DNA of 64,000 bases. Source: Nitrospira sp. Lineage in GTDB: Bacteria > Nitrospirota > Nitrospiria > Nitrospirales > Nitrospiraceae. The position numbers were made by a program, and so were the translations under genes. This document shows, piece after piece, positions 9,315-20,593 of this stretch. The stretch's first letter is position 1; every line of letters starts with the position of its first letter. Location: positions 2,752,001 through 2,816,000 of the forward strand of contig AP038806.1 of the NCBI GenBank assembly GCA_047150005.1. The letters are read 5' to 3'. The notes under the pieces were generated by a model, which was not told the DNA's origin, did not search any database, and saw only the letters and a program-made list of their open reading frames with translations.

Positions 9315-10235
9315 ATGATGAAACAAGGGAGATGGATTCTGCTACTGGGCGTCTGCATAGGGATGTTGACAGCCTGCGTGTCGGTGGCCGAGACGCCGGG
9401 GGAGCGGTTTCAGAAGGTGATGAAAGAAATGGCGGAGCTATGCGTTAGTAAGAAACTGATCGCAACGGATTCTCGCTGCATCCTGCCAAAATTGAAACCG
9501 GCCGATCCCTTGGCGACGGAAGAGGGCCGGTTTGCGCACAGTATCAAGATTCCCAACCCTGTCCCTGAGGATAGCGGCTACAAGCCGGGGATGACGCCCG
9601 AACAATACTTCGACCATCTGTGCCGGACAGAAGCAGGAGAGTCTATTTTCAAGACTGTGGAGAATGTCGAAGGGCTCTATATGATGCGGCCACGAGAGCA
9701 GGCCGATGATTACAAACTGCAGCACCTCTATGCGCTTGAAGATCCATATGCCTACTCTGACATCGAAACTGATGCACCACAAAGGTTGTTCATTAATCCT
9801 CCTTGGTGGCGATACCAATTCTTTGAGATTCGAAAGGCCGATTCGACTTTGGAGCGAGACTCTGGAACACACTATCTTCGCTATTTTGGATATGTGCAGG
9901 ACAAGAGTCCTATGAGTGTAGAGGAGTCGTCTAGCCTTAGGAGCCGCTACGGCTACACATGGCGAGGTATTAAACGACCCCATGATCGAGAACTTGGAAT
10001 CGTGGGAGGGGAGCTTATTGTGATGGACTTACAGTCCAATGAAGTACTCGCGGTGCGTCGCGGTTTCATTCGGAGTGGTGATGTACGAAATAACATGACT
10101 GGAGTTTGGTGGCTAGGTGGACACGTTTGTCCAAAGTACAAGCATGCCAATGCATACACCTATGAGTTTGTCAGCAAGGTAATAAGGCCGACTTTCGTTG
10201 AGGTAAGCAAGGGAGATTTCAATGCCACAGAGTGA
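9315..10235 (+). CDS. Lipoprotein, putative immunity protein for the downstream lipase-RTX
   Basis: Lipobox LTAC; FDHLCRTEAGESIFKTVENVEGLYMMRPR; overlaps the RTX start by 14 nt. Confidence 0.7.
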   Translation: MMKQGRWILLLGVCIGMLTACVSVAETPGERFQKVMKEMAELCVSKKLIATDSRCILPKLKPADPLATEEGRFAHSIKIPNPVPEDSGYKPGMTPEQYFDHLCRTEAGESIFKTVENVEGLYMMRPREQADDYKLQHLYALEDPYAYSDIETDAPQRLFINPPWWRYQFFEIRKADSTLERDSGTHYLRYFGYVQDKSPMSVEESSSLRSRYGYTWRGIKRPHDRELGIVGGELIVMDLQSNEVLAVRRGFIRSGDVRNNMTGVWWLGGHVCPKYKHANAYTYEFVSKVIRPTFVEVSKGDFNATE

Positions 10236-13200
10236 TATCAACGTATGGCTTCAGTTCGCACTCCAACAGATGGCTGCGGAAAGCTATTTAGGCGGCATTG
10301 ATCTGAACAATGCAGAACAGGTTAAGACCCAACTTCGGCTTGGCAATAACCCTTCGGGTTTTCCTGAAACTGGAACGACGCGTTTCACTGGGACAATAAC
10401 GCAGGGTCTTCAAGCCCAATCGTTTGTCGAGCACTTCCAGATCCTCGATCATCACGCCAACGATGCGACGGGATTCTCGGCCACGTTGATGCGTGAGCGA
10501 GATACGAATAACTTCACGCTGTCATTCCGGAGTACGGAGTCAAGAAATCAAAGAGACGGCGGCGACTACGAACGAGACGGCGTCAATCTCCCCCTTTTCA
10601 CGGGCGCAGATGGCGAGATTCTCACCCAGGGTTTTGCGTTCGGCCAACTGACGGCGATGGAACAGTACTATCAAACGACGGTGAAAGGCTTGTTGCCGGT
10701 GGGGGCGGTGCTCAATGTGACCGGGTATTCCCTCGGGGCGCACCTCGCCACGGTGTTCACCGAGCTGCACGGGTTGGAGATCACCTCCTCCTTCTCGTTC
10801 GGCCACGCATACACGTTCAATGGCCCAGGCCGTGGGGAATTCTCAGGTGGACCGCAGGCCGAGACGGTTGAAGCTGAGCGAATTCGTGAGATGGTCGCGC
10901 GGTTGACGCAAGTCATGAACGATCCCATGGCAGGTATTCCTCAGGGAACTCCGGAAGAATTATGGCCGTCAGGGTTGAATGCGGCGTTGGTCGCCTGGCA
11001 GCTCAATCCTACATGGGACCCATGGGAGAGCGAATCTGTAATCAGTGTGTATACAGACTCCCGATACCTTTGGGCTAAGCAGGTCGTCGAGGAGGAATTT
11101 TCACCTGTTTCACGGTCGCTTTCCGATATTCCACGAACTGATGGTGCATTCGGCCTCATTACGCAGATTGTTGGTCATGCCACACAAGACGATACGGAGT
11201 ACGTGGCTAATTCCGGCAATCATGCGCCGGAAGTTCGTGTGTATATCGAGGATCAGCCCAATTTCGACGGCTTCGGTAACTTCTTTGAGACAAACGGCAG
11301 TTTCGGTACGACGCATAGTATTACGCTCATCGTGGATTCGCTCGCCACGCAAGAGCTGTTTCAAACGATTGCGCCTGCCCTCGCACAATCGGACATTGAA
11401 GCGATCTTTGCTGCGTCGTCCAACGATCTGGCCACTGGGACCACAGCCGGATTGTCGGGATCAGCTGAAGCTAAACCATTGGAGAATGCCCTCGATGCAT
11501 TGAGACGCCTGTTCTTGACCGGAGTAATCACTGAGACGCCAGCCAATCCCGCAACCGGTGGGTTTGGCGATCTTACGAATCGGAACAAATTCTATGAAGG
11601 CATCGGTGCGGTGAAAACCGCACTCGCCGGTGCGACCGTTACTATCGAACCGTTCGTCGAAATGGGGCTGGTAGACGGTCAACCCAAGGTGCTTCCTCGT
11701 TTGACCCCCGTTGAAGTGATTGTTGAAGCTCAACACAATACCGATCGTGGTCTGGCGTTCCGATATGCGCTGCGCGAATTGAACCCCTTCGCCGTAGTCG
11801 GAGCCGATTATCAGGGGTTGGGCCACACCTTCGACGGACGTTTGGCATTGTTCGATCCTGCGATCGGTTTCGGCGAAATGACCGAGGAGTATCTCGCCGA
11901 TCGGGCGGGATTCCTTGAAGCGAAGATCGAGATCAACCTTCTGAACAACACGACGTCAGGCGACACGATTCACTATGTCGATGTTGCCACAGGATACGAG
12001 ATCAAGACCGGAACGATCGCGTCGATCGACCGTGAATATCTATTCGGCGCCGATAAGACGGATATCTTTGTCGGCAACAGCGCCGATGATCATCTCTTCG
12101 GCGGGGCAGGCTCGGATGTGTTGTTTGGGAGCGGGGGTAATGATTACCTGCAGGGCGATACAGGGAATGATCGACTCGATGGGACAATCGGTAGCGACAC
12201 TTTGAATGGCGGCGCTGGATTCGATACGTACGTGCTGCAACTGGACGGCACGGACAGAATAGAAGATAGCGACCGGTGCGGCGTCATTCAAGTTGGCGGT
12301 CAATTGGTCCTGGGAGGTGTCCATCGTGGAGGCGATCCAGCCGGAACTTATACGAGCCCTGATGGGCAATTCTCGTTCGTGGAGACCGGAGGAAATCTGA
12401 CCATCAATGGGCATCTCACGATCTCGAACTGGCAGGCAGGCACTCTGGGAGTCATGTTGCGCGATCTGTCCTTGCTGCCAAGCGGCACGTCGCTGGCGAT
12501 CGACTACAACAATGGTCAACCGACCGTCATCTATGATGGCGATGCGACGGACAACACGCCGATATTCAATGCCGCGGCCAATCATATCGTTCGGGGGTTC
12601 GGCGGAAACGATGTGCTGGATCTGTCTCCCAGTGGGTCCGCGTTCAACCACCAGCTATTCGGCGGCGATGGCCATGATGAGCTGCATGGAGGGGCTGGGT
12701 CGAATCGGCTCTTTGGCGAGGATGGACGTGATCTCATGTTCGGGGGATTTGGCGACGACGTGATGGACGGCGGCAGTGACATCGATCTCCTGAAGGGAGG
12801 CGCGGGTCGCGATGCACTGTACGGTAAAGGGGGAAGCGATGGGCTTGATGGAGGGTCGGGAGACGATGTGCTCTTTGGGGGAGATGATAACGATGTGCTT
12901 TCAGGAGAGTCCATCGGTCTAGGAGCCAGCACCACCGGCAACGATTATCTTGATGGAGAGGCGGGGGCTGATTGGCTGATGGGCCTGTTGGGTAATGACG
13001 TCTTACAAGGAGGGGCGGGAAACGATCATCTGTATGGCGATCAAGCACCTGCCGAGGCACCGAACTTCGATTTAACCTATCCAGGTCTTGTCACGTCTCT
13101 CACCGAGGTTGTGTTCACCAGTTTCGCCGGTGGCACTGATTACCTGGATGGCGGTGCAGGGGACGATTACCTCCAAGGTGATGGGGGCAACGACGTGCTG

Positions 13201-16200
13201 CTCGGCGGTACGGAGAACGATACCCTCTATGGCGATGATTCCACAGTGATGGTTCAGCAAGGGAACGATTGGCTGGATGGTGGCTCTGGTAATGACAACC
13301 TCTATGGAGGTGGAGGCGACGATACGCTAGACGGCGGGGCCGACAATGATCTTCTCGTCGGTGATTTCACCGACGATCCGATCGGAGGCGCCGATTGGAT
13401 TGATGGCGGTGACGGTGACGATACGCTCATCGGTGGACAGGGCGAGGATGTTCTATTTGGTGGCCCCGACCAGGATGTGCTCTTTGGCAATGAAGGTCAG
13501 GATGCGCTGGACGGGGGCAGCGGCAACGATGAATTGCAAGGCGGGATCGAGGCTGATGTGTTGTGGGGCGGGACAGAAGACGATCGGCTGTTCGGCGAAG
13601 AGGGCGACGATCAACTTTTTGGTGGTGAGGGGAATGATGGATTGTTCGGCGAGGCAGGCGCAGATCTCTTGGTCGGTGCCGGTGGAGCGGATACGCTTCG
13701 AGGCGGTGAAGGTCCGGACACCTATGTGTTCAATCTCGGAGATGGAATAGACACGATTGTCGATGGGCCAAGAGAAGGCAACAGGGTGGTATTCGGGCCC
13801 GGGATCTCGGCAGATGACATCAGTCTTGGGATCGGATCGCTCTTGGTACGTGTAGGGGCAAACGGCGATGCGATCCATATCCAAGGCTTCGATCCCGCGG
13901 ATCCAACGCAATCCGCCGGGATCGACCAGTTCGAGTTTGCTGATGGAACAATATTGACCCATGGGGAGTTAGTTGCGCGCGGATTCGATCTGGTCGGCAC
14001 CAACGGCGATGATTTCCTGGACGGCGGCGAGACATACCGAAAAATCTTCGGTTTGGACGGGAACGATCAGTTGATCGGCGGCCTCGGCGACAATGTGCTC
14101 GACGGCGGGGCGGGGGCTGATCACCTGTTTGCCGGGGCCGGTGCAGACAGACTGCTGGGCGGCACCGGCAATGATTGGCTGGATGGCGGTGAGGAGGCAG
14201 ATACGCTCGACGGGGGCCTCGGCAACGACAGACTTGAAGGAGGCAGTGGCGACGACACCTATCGGTTCTCGCTCGGCAGTGGATTCGATCAAATTGTGGA
14301 GTCGTCGGGAACGGGAGACTCGAATCTGGTCGTGTTCGGGACGGGAATCGAGCCGGCCGGCGTGCAATATCGTCTTGGTAATGCTCTCGAACTTCCTCTA
14401 GGGACGCAGGGGGATGGGTTATCGCTAGGGTCCCCTAATTTCTCCGATGTCTACAATTCACGAGCGATCGACCAGTTTCAATTTGCCGATGGGACGGTGC
14501 TCACCCATGCGCGGCTCGTCGACCGCGGGATCAACGTCCCTGGGACTGAGGATAATGATTCCCTGGATGGAACGAATGCGAGGGATCTATTCGCCGGCGG
14601 GCGAGGCAACGACCGGATGAACGGCGCCGCCGGGGACGATCAGTATACGTTTGCCGTCGGCGATGGGATAGATACCATCGAAGATCTTACTAGGACCGGT
14701 CAAGGCAACGGCGTGGTATTTGGATCCGGAATCACCTCTGCCGATCTCTCGCTCGGGTGGCAAGCGCCGCCATTCGGCAACGGAACGAACAAGTTGCTCG
14801 TCCGGGTTGGGACTTCCGGTGATGCGCTCTTGCTCGACTCGTTTGACCGCAACGACGTGCTGGGAATTCGGGCGGTGGATTCATATCGATTTTCCGACGG
14901 CAGTGCATTGATGTACCACCAACTGGTCGCACGTGGCTTTGACCTCACCGGCGCTGAAGGGAATGACGTGGTAGCGGGTACCAACGTCACGGACCGATTG
15001 AAGGGGCTGGCAGGCCAGGACAGGCTGCAGGGCGGAGACGGCGACGATGTGCTGGACGGAGGGACCGGAAACGATCTGTTGAACGGCGGACGGGGCGCCG
15101 ACACGTATGTGCTTGGCCGTGAAAGCGGAGAGGATCATCTGGTCGATGTGGGCGGGATGCAGGATACGATTCAATATGCGGCGGATGTAGCGCCGGGAGA
15201 TGTTCAGGTTACGAAGCATGGCAATGATGTAGTGTTGACCATCGATGGCACCGGTAATGGGGTGATTCTCTCGCAATTTTTCACGGCGGCTGTGTTGCAA
15301 GTCGATACCGTCCGCTTTGCCGATGGCACGGTCTGGGATGCTGCCGCACTCGCCGGGTTTGCACAACGACCGATCGTGGGGACGACAGCCGCTGATATCT
15401 TGACCGGGACGGCCGGTGACGATCTATTTCAAGGATTAGCGGGGAATGATCAGCTGTCTGGACTGGCAGGGAACGACGTGTTGGATGGTGGCACCGGCGC
15501 CGACACCATGACCGGAGGCCCGGGCGACGATATCTATGTGGTTGATGATGGTGCGGATATCGTCACGGAAGCAGCGGGGGAGGGTCTGGACACCGTACAA
15601 AGCTCAGTCAGTCATCAGCTCAGCGCTCAAGTGGAGAATCTGACGCTTGTCGGCGCTGTAGCCATCGATGGGACTGGTAATGCTCTCGACAACATACTCA
15701 TCGGTAACAGTGCGGCCAATGCGCTGACAGGTAGGGCAGGCAACGATACCTACACCATTGACGGCGACGATGTGGTGGTGGAGCGTCCGGACGAAGGCGT
15801 CGATACCGTACAGATCGACCATAGCTATGCGCTTGGTGCGAACCTCGAAAGTCTCACGCTCACCGGTTCGGCGCCGATCGACGGCACTGGTAACGATCTT
15901 GACAATGTGTTGACGGGTAACAGCGCAGTGAACGTGCTCACCGGAGGGAAAGGCAACGACACCTACGTCGTCAGCGCGGGCGACATCGTCGTAGAGCAAG
16001 TGGGCGAAGGTATCGACACGATCCAGACCACCAGATCGTACCGACTGGGAACGAACGTCGAGAATCTGACATTGCTGGAAACCGCCCGGAACATCGATCC
16101 GTTTCTTCAGCTCGGACCAAATGCGGATGAAGCGATCGCGACTTCGATCTACGGTGGGACAGGAGCCGGTCTTCAAGTGGGTATCGGCAATGCGCTCGAC

Positions 16201-19200
16201 AATGTGTTGTTGGGAAACGGCCAGAGAAACGTGCTCGAGGCAGGTGTTGGGAACGATACATTGGCAGGGAATGGAGGGCTCGACGTTCTGCGTGGCGGTT
16301 CGGGCCAAGACACCTATCTGTTTGGGTTCGGATCGGGAATCGATGTCATTGACGACGTGAGCACGGGCGAGATCGATACGATTCAATTGGAAGCCGGAAT
16401 CAGCCCGGACCAAGTAATGGTGACTCGGCAACAAATACTCACCGAATCACCGATATACAGTCTTTATCCGTTTGCCTTTGCCCTCAGCCTTGCCCTTCCG
16501 AACCCCGATCGCAATGCCGGTGCCCCTGCCGATCAAATGTACATTGTCTATAGCTCGCTTGCGGATTTCTCGACCAAACAAGTGCGCTTTGCCGATGGGA
16601 CGGTGTGGGACGGCGCAACGCTCCTGGAAAAATCAGCGGGCGAACCGGATCCGGGTCCGGGCATTACGTTGGACGGTGGAATCGACGACGATCTGCTCAT
16701 CGGAACTGAGGCCAATGATCGGTTGAATGGCTTTGCTGGAAACGACCGGCTCGAAGGAGGCGCAGGGAGCGACATCCTTGATGGAGGAAGCGGCAACGAT
16801 GTGCTCTTGGGCGGCGATGGGCGTGATGCGCTCTCCGGAGGCGAAGGCGATAACGAGCTCGATGGGGGAGCCGGTGACGACAGCTTGTCCGCAATCGGAG
16901 GGCAGAATGTCCTGCGCGGAGGGGCGGGAAATGACTCGGTCAGTGGGCAGGGGCTAACCAATCTTCTTGATGGCGGGGTCGGAAACGATAACCTGTTCGG
17001 TCTTGGCACCGATACCTTCGTCTTTGGTCGGGGATATGGCTACGATAGCGCCAATCCCGGCTCTGAAGATATCGTCCAGATGACCTCGGACGTATTACCG
17101 GTCGATGTCATGCTCTACTCGATCGAGTCGGGGAATCATCGACTCGGTATTCATGGATCTTTCGACGAATTGCAGATGGGATCGTCGTTCCCTGGTCAAG
17201 TCGTCTTTGCGGACGGCACGGTGTGGGACCAGGCCTACCTGATGAACCATGAACAGCAGGGCATGGGCACGGACGGGAACGATACCATGGGAGGTGCGAG
17301 TGGCGCGGATATTCTGGTTGGGGGGAAAGGAGACGATCTCTACGGTGTAGAGGCCGGAGACATCGTCATCGAATTTCAGGATGAAGGCAACGATACCATT
17401 ACCACGCTGTTGGAGTATGCTCTGCCTGACAATGTTGAAAACCTGATTTTTAACCTGAATAGTCACGCCGTTCTTGGTATCGGGAACGACCTCGACAATG
17501 TCATCGAGGGGTCGCCTGATCACGGCGGCGACGGCGACAATATCCTCGACGGCGGCGCAGGGAATGACGTGCTCATCGGAGGGGCCTCGATTCCCTCCTT
17601 CACACAGCTTGGCGACGGAAGCGATCTCCTTATTGGCGGACCCGGAAATGATGTGCTCAGACCGTTCTTCTTGATGCTGGGAGGACCATTCTTTAATAGT
17701 TTGGAGTCCCACGGGATCGATCTCTTACTTGGCGGTCCAGGCGACGATACCTATATCTTGATTGGCGGGTACACCATTCAATCGCCGCTCGAACCCACCA
17801 TCGGACCCTTCTTCGATCTGCCCAATGCGACAGTCGTGGAATTGCCTGGCGAGGGCAGCGACACGCTCGTGGCTATTACTGATCAGACGCTTCCGAGCAA
17901 TGTGGAAAATTTGTTTCTGTTCGGCGGCACTCATGGCATCGGGAATGAGCTGGACAATGTCCTGATCGGCGGCATCGGTGCCAATATCCTTGAGGGTCAT
18001 ACCGGCAACGACACCTTGATAGGAGGTTATGGGCGAATTCTTTCACCCAATGGAATCGAGTTTGTCGATTCGGCGACGGTGCTTGACGATTCGATCAACG
18101 ACACGGCAATAGATACATTGATCGGTGGTGTTGGAGATGATGTGTATGTGGTCGGAGTCGGCGACATCATCGTGGAATCGACAGGTGAGGGAGCCGACAG
18201 GGTAATAAGTCGTGCCTCTTATCAGCTCGGAGATCATCTTGAGCATCTCATATTGGCGGGGGATGAGTCGATTGATGGGACCGGCAACGGCCTGGATAAC
18301 CGCTTGACGGGTAATGGCGCTGTGAATGTTCTGGCCGGCGGTCTGAGCGATGACGTTCTCCTGGGCAATGGCGGCGATGACACGTATGTGTTCAACATTG
18401 GTGACGGCGCGGACACAATCGAGGATACAGCCTCAACGACTGAGGGCAATCGGATTCGATTTGGCGCCGGTATCACGCAAAGCGACCTGACCTTCACTCG
18501 GGACGATGTCGCCCACACATTGACAATCCGGGTGGGGGGTAGCGGGATCGATCAGCTGCTCTTGACGAATTTCGATCCCACCGCCACACATGGCTCGCTG
18601 GTGGTCGACACATTGGCCTTCGCCGATGGAACGTCCATCAATCTTGACAGCCTCCTGGCTTCGATGATCAACCAGGCGCCCACAGTGGCGCAGCCGTTGG
18701 CGGATTGGACTGTTCCTGAGGATATTCCGTTTAGTTTCGTCGTTCCGGCGAATACATTTGCCGATCCAAATGCCGGTGATCACCTGACGCTTAGTGCGAG
18801 TCTGGCAGATGGCGGCGCGCTTCCAACTTGGCTGAGCTTCGATGCGAGCACGCGCACGTTCAGCGGGACGCCGGCCAATGGTGACGTGGGCAGCCTTGAA
18901 GTGAAAGTGACGGCGACGGATTCGGGGACTCTAAGTGTCTCCGACACGTTCAATCTTACAGCCACGAATGTGAATGATGCCCCGACGGTGGCGAATCCGA
19001 TCGTGGACCAATCGGCGCAGACCGGCGCAGTCTTCTCCTTCACCCTTCCTGCGAATACTTTCTCGGATATCGACGTTGGCGATACCTTGATCTATACCGC
19101 CACGTTGGCAGAGGGCGGTGCCTTGCCGGCCTGGTTGAACTTCAACACGGCTACGCGGACCTTCAGCGGGACGCCGGCCAATGGTGACGTGGGCAGCCTC

Positions 19201-20577
19201 GAAGTGAAAGTGACGGCGACGGATTCGGGGAGCTTGAGCGTCGCCGATGACTTTACACTCACGGTCAGCACTGCCGACCAGACTCTGACGGGCACTGCCG
19301 GAAATGACGTTCTTACGGGTGGTGTCGGGAATGATCAACTTTTCGGCCGGGCCGGCAATGATACGTTGGTGGGCGGGGCTGGCAACGATCTCCTTGACGG
19401 CGGCGCCGGCGTGGACAATATGCGGGGCGGGCTTGGCAACGACACCTACGTGGTCGACAACGCCGGAGACGTCGTCACTGAAAACACCAACGAGGGTATC
19501 GACAGCGTGCAGAGTTCGATCACCTACACGATCGGAGCGAATGTCGAACATCTCACGCTCACCGGGGCCGCCAATATCAATGGCACCGGCAATGCGCTGG
19601 ACAACATTCTTGTCGGCAACAGCGGGAACAATACGTTGGCCGGCGGGGCCGGCAATGACCGGCTGGACGGCGGTCTCGGTAACGACACAATGATCGGCGG
19701 GACCGGAAACGACACCTTCGTCGTGAACCAGGCCGGCGATGTGGTCACGGAATCGTCAAACCAGGGGATCGATACCGTCGAAAGCGCTGTGACCTGCAAC
19801 CTGGGTTCCAACGTCGAGAACCTGACTTTGACCGGCACGACCGATATCAATGGTACCGGAAGCTCCGCCAACAATGTGTTGCTTGGGAACAGCGGCAACA
19901 ATCAACTCGAGGGCGGTTCCGGCAACGATCAGGTGGACGGCGGTCACGGCAACGATCTGCTGCAAGGCGGAAGCGGAGAGGACAGTCTCGCGGGCGGTCT
20001 CGGCGATGATATGCTCACAGGTGGCAGCGACAATGATGTGCTCGACGGTGGAGACGGTTTCGATACACTTGATGGCGGCTCTGGTAACGATATTCTCCGA
20101 GGCGGCGCAGGAAACGATAGCCTGTCCGGTGGCAGCGGAGCCGATCAGTTTACAGGAGGCACCGGCAACGACACGTTGACCGGCGGGTCCGGAAACGATA
20201 GTTACACGTTCGTGCGAGGCGACGGCCAGGAAGCGATCGTCGACAGCGATTCGGCATCCGGCAATCAGGATCATGTGCTCTTTGGCCAAGGGATCAATCC
20301 GTTGGACCTCGTGCTTTCACGGCAAGTCAACAATCTGCGTCTTGCCGTGCATGGTTCGAACGATGTCGTCACGATCCGAAATTGGTACACGAGCCCCGCT
20401 ACTAATCAGATCGAGAACATCCAGGCCGGCAACGGACAACATCTCCTGAACACCCAAGTGGATCAACTCATCCAGGCGATGGCCGGTTTCTCGCAACAGT
20501 CCGGCCTTACGTGGGATCAAGCCATCGATCAGCAACCGCAGCAGGTGCAGGCCGTGCTCGCCGCAAATTGGCACTAG
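10222..20577 (+). CDS. Giant RTX calcium-binding protein with N-terminal lipase-like alpha/beta hydrolase and two cadherin/He_PIG-like domains; T1SS substrate
   Basis: LSFRSTE, VTGYSLGAHLA (GxSxG), YTFNGPG; dozens of GGxGxDxL repeats; (I/V)Dx(F/V)xFADG modules; two LPxWLxF...FSGTP domains; RTX-type C-terminus VDQLIQAMAGF; no Sec signal. Confidence 0.93.
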   Translation: MPQSDINVWLQFALQQMAAESYLGGIDLNNAEQVKTQLRLGNNPSGFPETGTTRFTGTITQGLQAQSFVEHFQILDHHANDATGFSATLMRERDTNNFTLSFRSTESRNQRDGGDYERDGVNLPLFTGADGEILTQGFAFGQLTAMEQYYQTTVKGLLPVGAVLNVTGYSLGAHLATVFTELHGLEITSSFSFGHAYTFNGPGRGEFSGGPQAETVEAERIREMVARLTQVMNDPMAGIPQGTPEELWPSGLNAALVAWQLNPTWDPWESESVISVYTDSRYLWAKQVVEEEFSPVSRSLSDIPRTDGAFGLITQIVGHATQDDTEYVANSGNHAPEVRVYIEDQPNFDGFGNFFETNGSFGTTHSITLIVDSLATQELFQTIAPALAQSDIEAIFAASSNDLATGTTAGLSGSAEAKPLENALDALRRLFLTGVITETPANPATGGFGDLTNRNKFYEGIGAVKTALAGATVTIEPFVEMGLVDGQPKVLPRLTPVEVIVEAQHNTDRGLAFRYALRELNPFAVVGADYQGLGHTFDGRLALFDPAIGFGEMTEEYLADRAGFLEAKIEINLLNNTTSGDTIHYVDVATGYEIKTGTIASIDREYLFGADKTDIFVGNSADDHLFGGAGSDVLFGSGGNDYLQGDTGNDRLDGTIGSDTLNGGAGFDTYVLQLDGTDRIEDSDRCGVIQVGGQLVLGGVHRGGDPAGTYTSPDGQFSFVETGGNLTINGHLTISNWQAGTLGVMLRDLSLLPSGTSLAIDYNNGQPTVIYDGDATDNTPIFNAAANHIVRGFGGNDVLDLSPSGSAFNHQLFGGDGHDELHGGAGSNRLFGEDGRDLMFGGFGDDVMDGGSDIDLLKGGAGRDALYGKGGSDGLDGGSGDDVLFGGDDNDVLSGESIGLGASTTGNDYLDGEAGADWLMGLLGNDVLQGGAGNDHLYGDQAPAEAPNFDLTYPGLVTSLTEVVFTSFAGGTDYLDGGAGDDYLQGDGGNDVLLGGTENDTLYGDDSTVMVQQGNDWLDGGSGNDNLYGGGGDDTLDGGADNDLLVGDFTDDPIGGADWIDGGDGDDTLIGGQGEDVLFGGPDQDVLFGNEGQDALDGGSGNDELQGGIEADVLWGGTEDDRLFGEEGDDQLFGGEGNDGLFGEAGADLLVGAGGADTLRGGEGPDTYVFNLGDGIDTIVDGPREGNRVVFGPGISADDISLGIGSLLVRVGANGDAIHIQGFDPADPTQSAGIDQFEFADGTILTHGELVARGFDLVGTNGDDFLDGGETYRKIFGLDGNDQLIGGLGDNVLDGGAGADHLFAGAGADRLLGGTGNDWLDGGEEADTLDGGLGNDRLEGGSGDDTYRFSLGSGFDQIVESSGTGDSNLVVFGTGIEPAGVQYRLGNALELPLGTQGDGLSLGSPNFSDVYNSRAIDQFQFADGTVLTHARLVDRGINVPGTEDNDSLDGTNARDLFAGGRGNDRMNGAAGDDQYTFAVGDGIDTIEDLTRTGQGNGVVFGSGITSADLSLGWQAPPFGNGTNKLLVRVGTSGDALLLDSFDRNDVLGIRAVDSYRFSDGSALMYHQLVARGFDLTGAEGNDVVAGTNVTDRLKGLAGQDRLQGGDGDDVLDGGTGNDLLNGGRGADTYVLGRESGEDHLVDVGGMQDTIQYAADVAPGDVQVTKHGNDVVLTIDGTGNGVILSQFFTAAVLQVDTVRFADGTVWDAAALAGFAQRPIVGTTAADILTGTAGDDLFQGLAGNDQLSGLAGNDVLDGGTGADTMTGGPGDDIYVVDDGADIVTEAAGEGLDTVQSSVSHQLSAQVENLTLVGAVAIDGTGNALDNILIGNSAANALTGRAGNDTYTIDGDDVVVERPDEGVDTVQIDHSYALGANLESLTLTGSAPIDGTGNDLDNVLTGNSAVNVLTGGKGNDTYVVSAGDIVVEQVGEGIDTIQTTRSYRLGTNVENLTLLETARNIDPFLQLGPNADEAIATSIYGGTGAGLQVGIGNALDNVLLGNGQRNVLEAGVGNDTLAGNGGLDVLRGGSGQDTYLFGFGSGIDVIDDVSTGEIDTIQLEAGISPDQVMVTRQQILTESPIYSLYPFAFALSLALPNPDRNAGAPADQMYIVYSSLADFSTKQVRFADGTVWDGATLLEKSAGEPDPGPGITLDGGIDDDLLIGTEANDRLNGFAGNDRLEGGAGSDILDGGSGNDVLLGGDGRDALSGGEGDNELDGGAGDDSLSAIGGQNVLRGGAGNDSVSGQGLTNLLDGGVGNDNLFGLGTDTFVFGRGYGYDSANPGSEDIVQMTSDVLPVDVMLYSIESGNHRLGIHGSFDELQMGSSFPGQVVFADGTVWDQAYLMNHEQQGMGTDGNDTMGGASGADILVGGKGDDLYGVEAGDIVIEFQDEGNDTITTLLEYALPDNVENLIFNLNSHAVLGIGNDLDNVIEGSPDHGGDGDNILDGGAGNDVLIGGASIPSFTQLGDGSDLLIGGPGNDVLRPFFLMLGGPFFNSLESHGIDLLLGGPGDDTYILIGGYTIQSPLEPTIGPFFDLPNATVVELPGEGSDTLVAITDQTLPSNVENLFLFGGTHGIGNELDNVLIGGIGANILEGHTGNDTLIGGYGRILSPNGIEFVDSATVLDDSINDTAIDTLIGGVGDDVYVVGVGDIIVESTGEGADRVISRASYQLGDHLEHLILAGDESIDGTGNGLDNRLTGNGAVNVLAGGLSDDVLLGNGGDDTYVFNIGDGADTIEDTASTTEGNRIRFGAGITQSDLTFTRDDVAHTLTIRVGGSGIDQLLLTNFDPTATHGSLVVDTLAFADGTSINLDSLLASMINQAPTVAQPLADWTVPEDIPFSFVVPANTFADPNAGDHLTLSASLADGGALPTWLSFDASTRTFSGTPANGDVGSLEVKVTATDSGTLSVSDTFNLTATNVNDAPTVANPIVDQSAQTGAVFSFTLPANTFSDIDVGDTLIYTATLAEGGALPAWLNFNTATRTFSGTPANGDVGSLEVKVTATDSGSLSVADDFTLTVSTADQTLTGTAGNDVLTGGVGNDQLFGRAGNDTLVGGAGNDLLDGGAGVDNMRGGLGNDTYVVDNAGDVVTENTNEGIDSVQSSITYTIGANVEHLTLTGAANINGTGNALDNILVGNSGNNTLAGGAGNDRLDGGLGNDTMIGGTGNDTFVVNQAGDVVTESSNQGIDTVESAVTCNLGSNVENLTLTGTTDINGTGSSANNVLLGNSGNNQLEGGSGNDQVDGGHGNDLLQGGSGEDSLAGGLGDDMLTGGSDNDVLDGGDGFDTLDGGSGNDILRGGAGNDSLSGGSGADQFTGGTGNDTLTGGSGNDSYTFVRGDGQEAIVDSDSASGNQDHVLFGQGINPLDLVLSRQVNNLRLAVHGSNDVVTIRNWYTSPATNQIENIQAGNGQHLLNTQVDQLIQAMAGFSQQSGLTWDQAIDQQPQQVQAVLAANWH
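18859..19231 (+). repeat. Near-identical 70-bp direct repeat in the two cadherin-like domains (18859-18928, 19162-19231)
   Basis: ttcagcgggacgccggccaatggtgacgtgggcagcct(t/c)gaagtgaaagtgacggcgacggattcgggga; one mismatch; 303-bp period. Confidence 0.9.
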
Positions 20578-20593
20578 CCCAAGGCAGCTGGCC

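Noticed and set aside
12000..20300. Many short repeats that could suggest a CRISPR or DNA repeat array
   Set aside because: They are degenerate in-frame codons for GGxGxDxL RTX nonapeptides, with no constant repeat-spacer structure
10222..20577. FrpC-type self-processing module or MARTX cysteine protease in the RTX protein
   Set aside because: No DPLxLDLDG motif or CPD signature was seen
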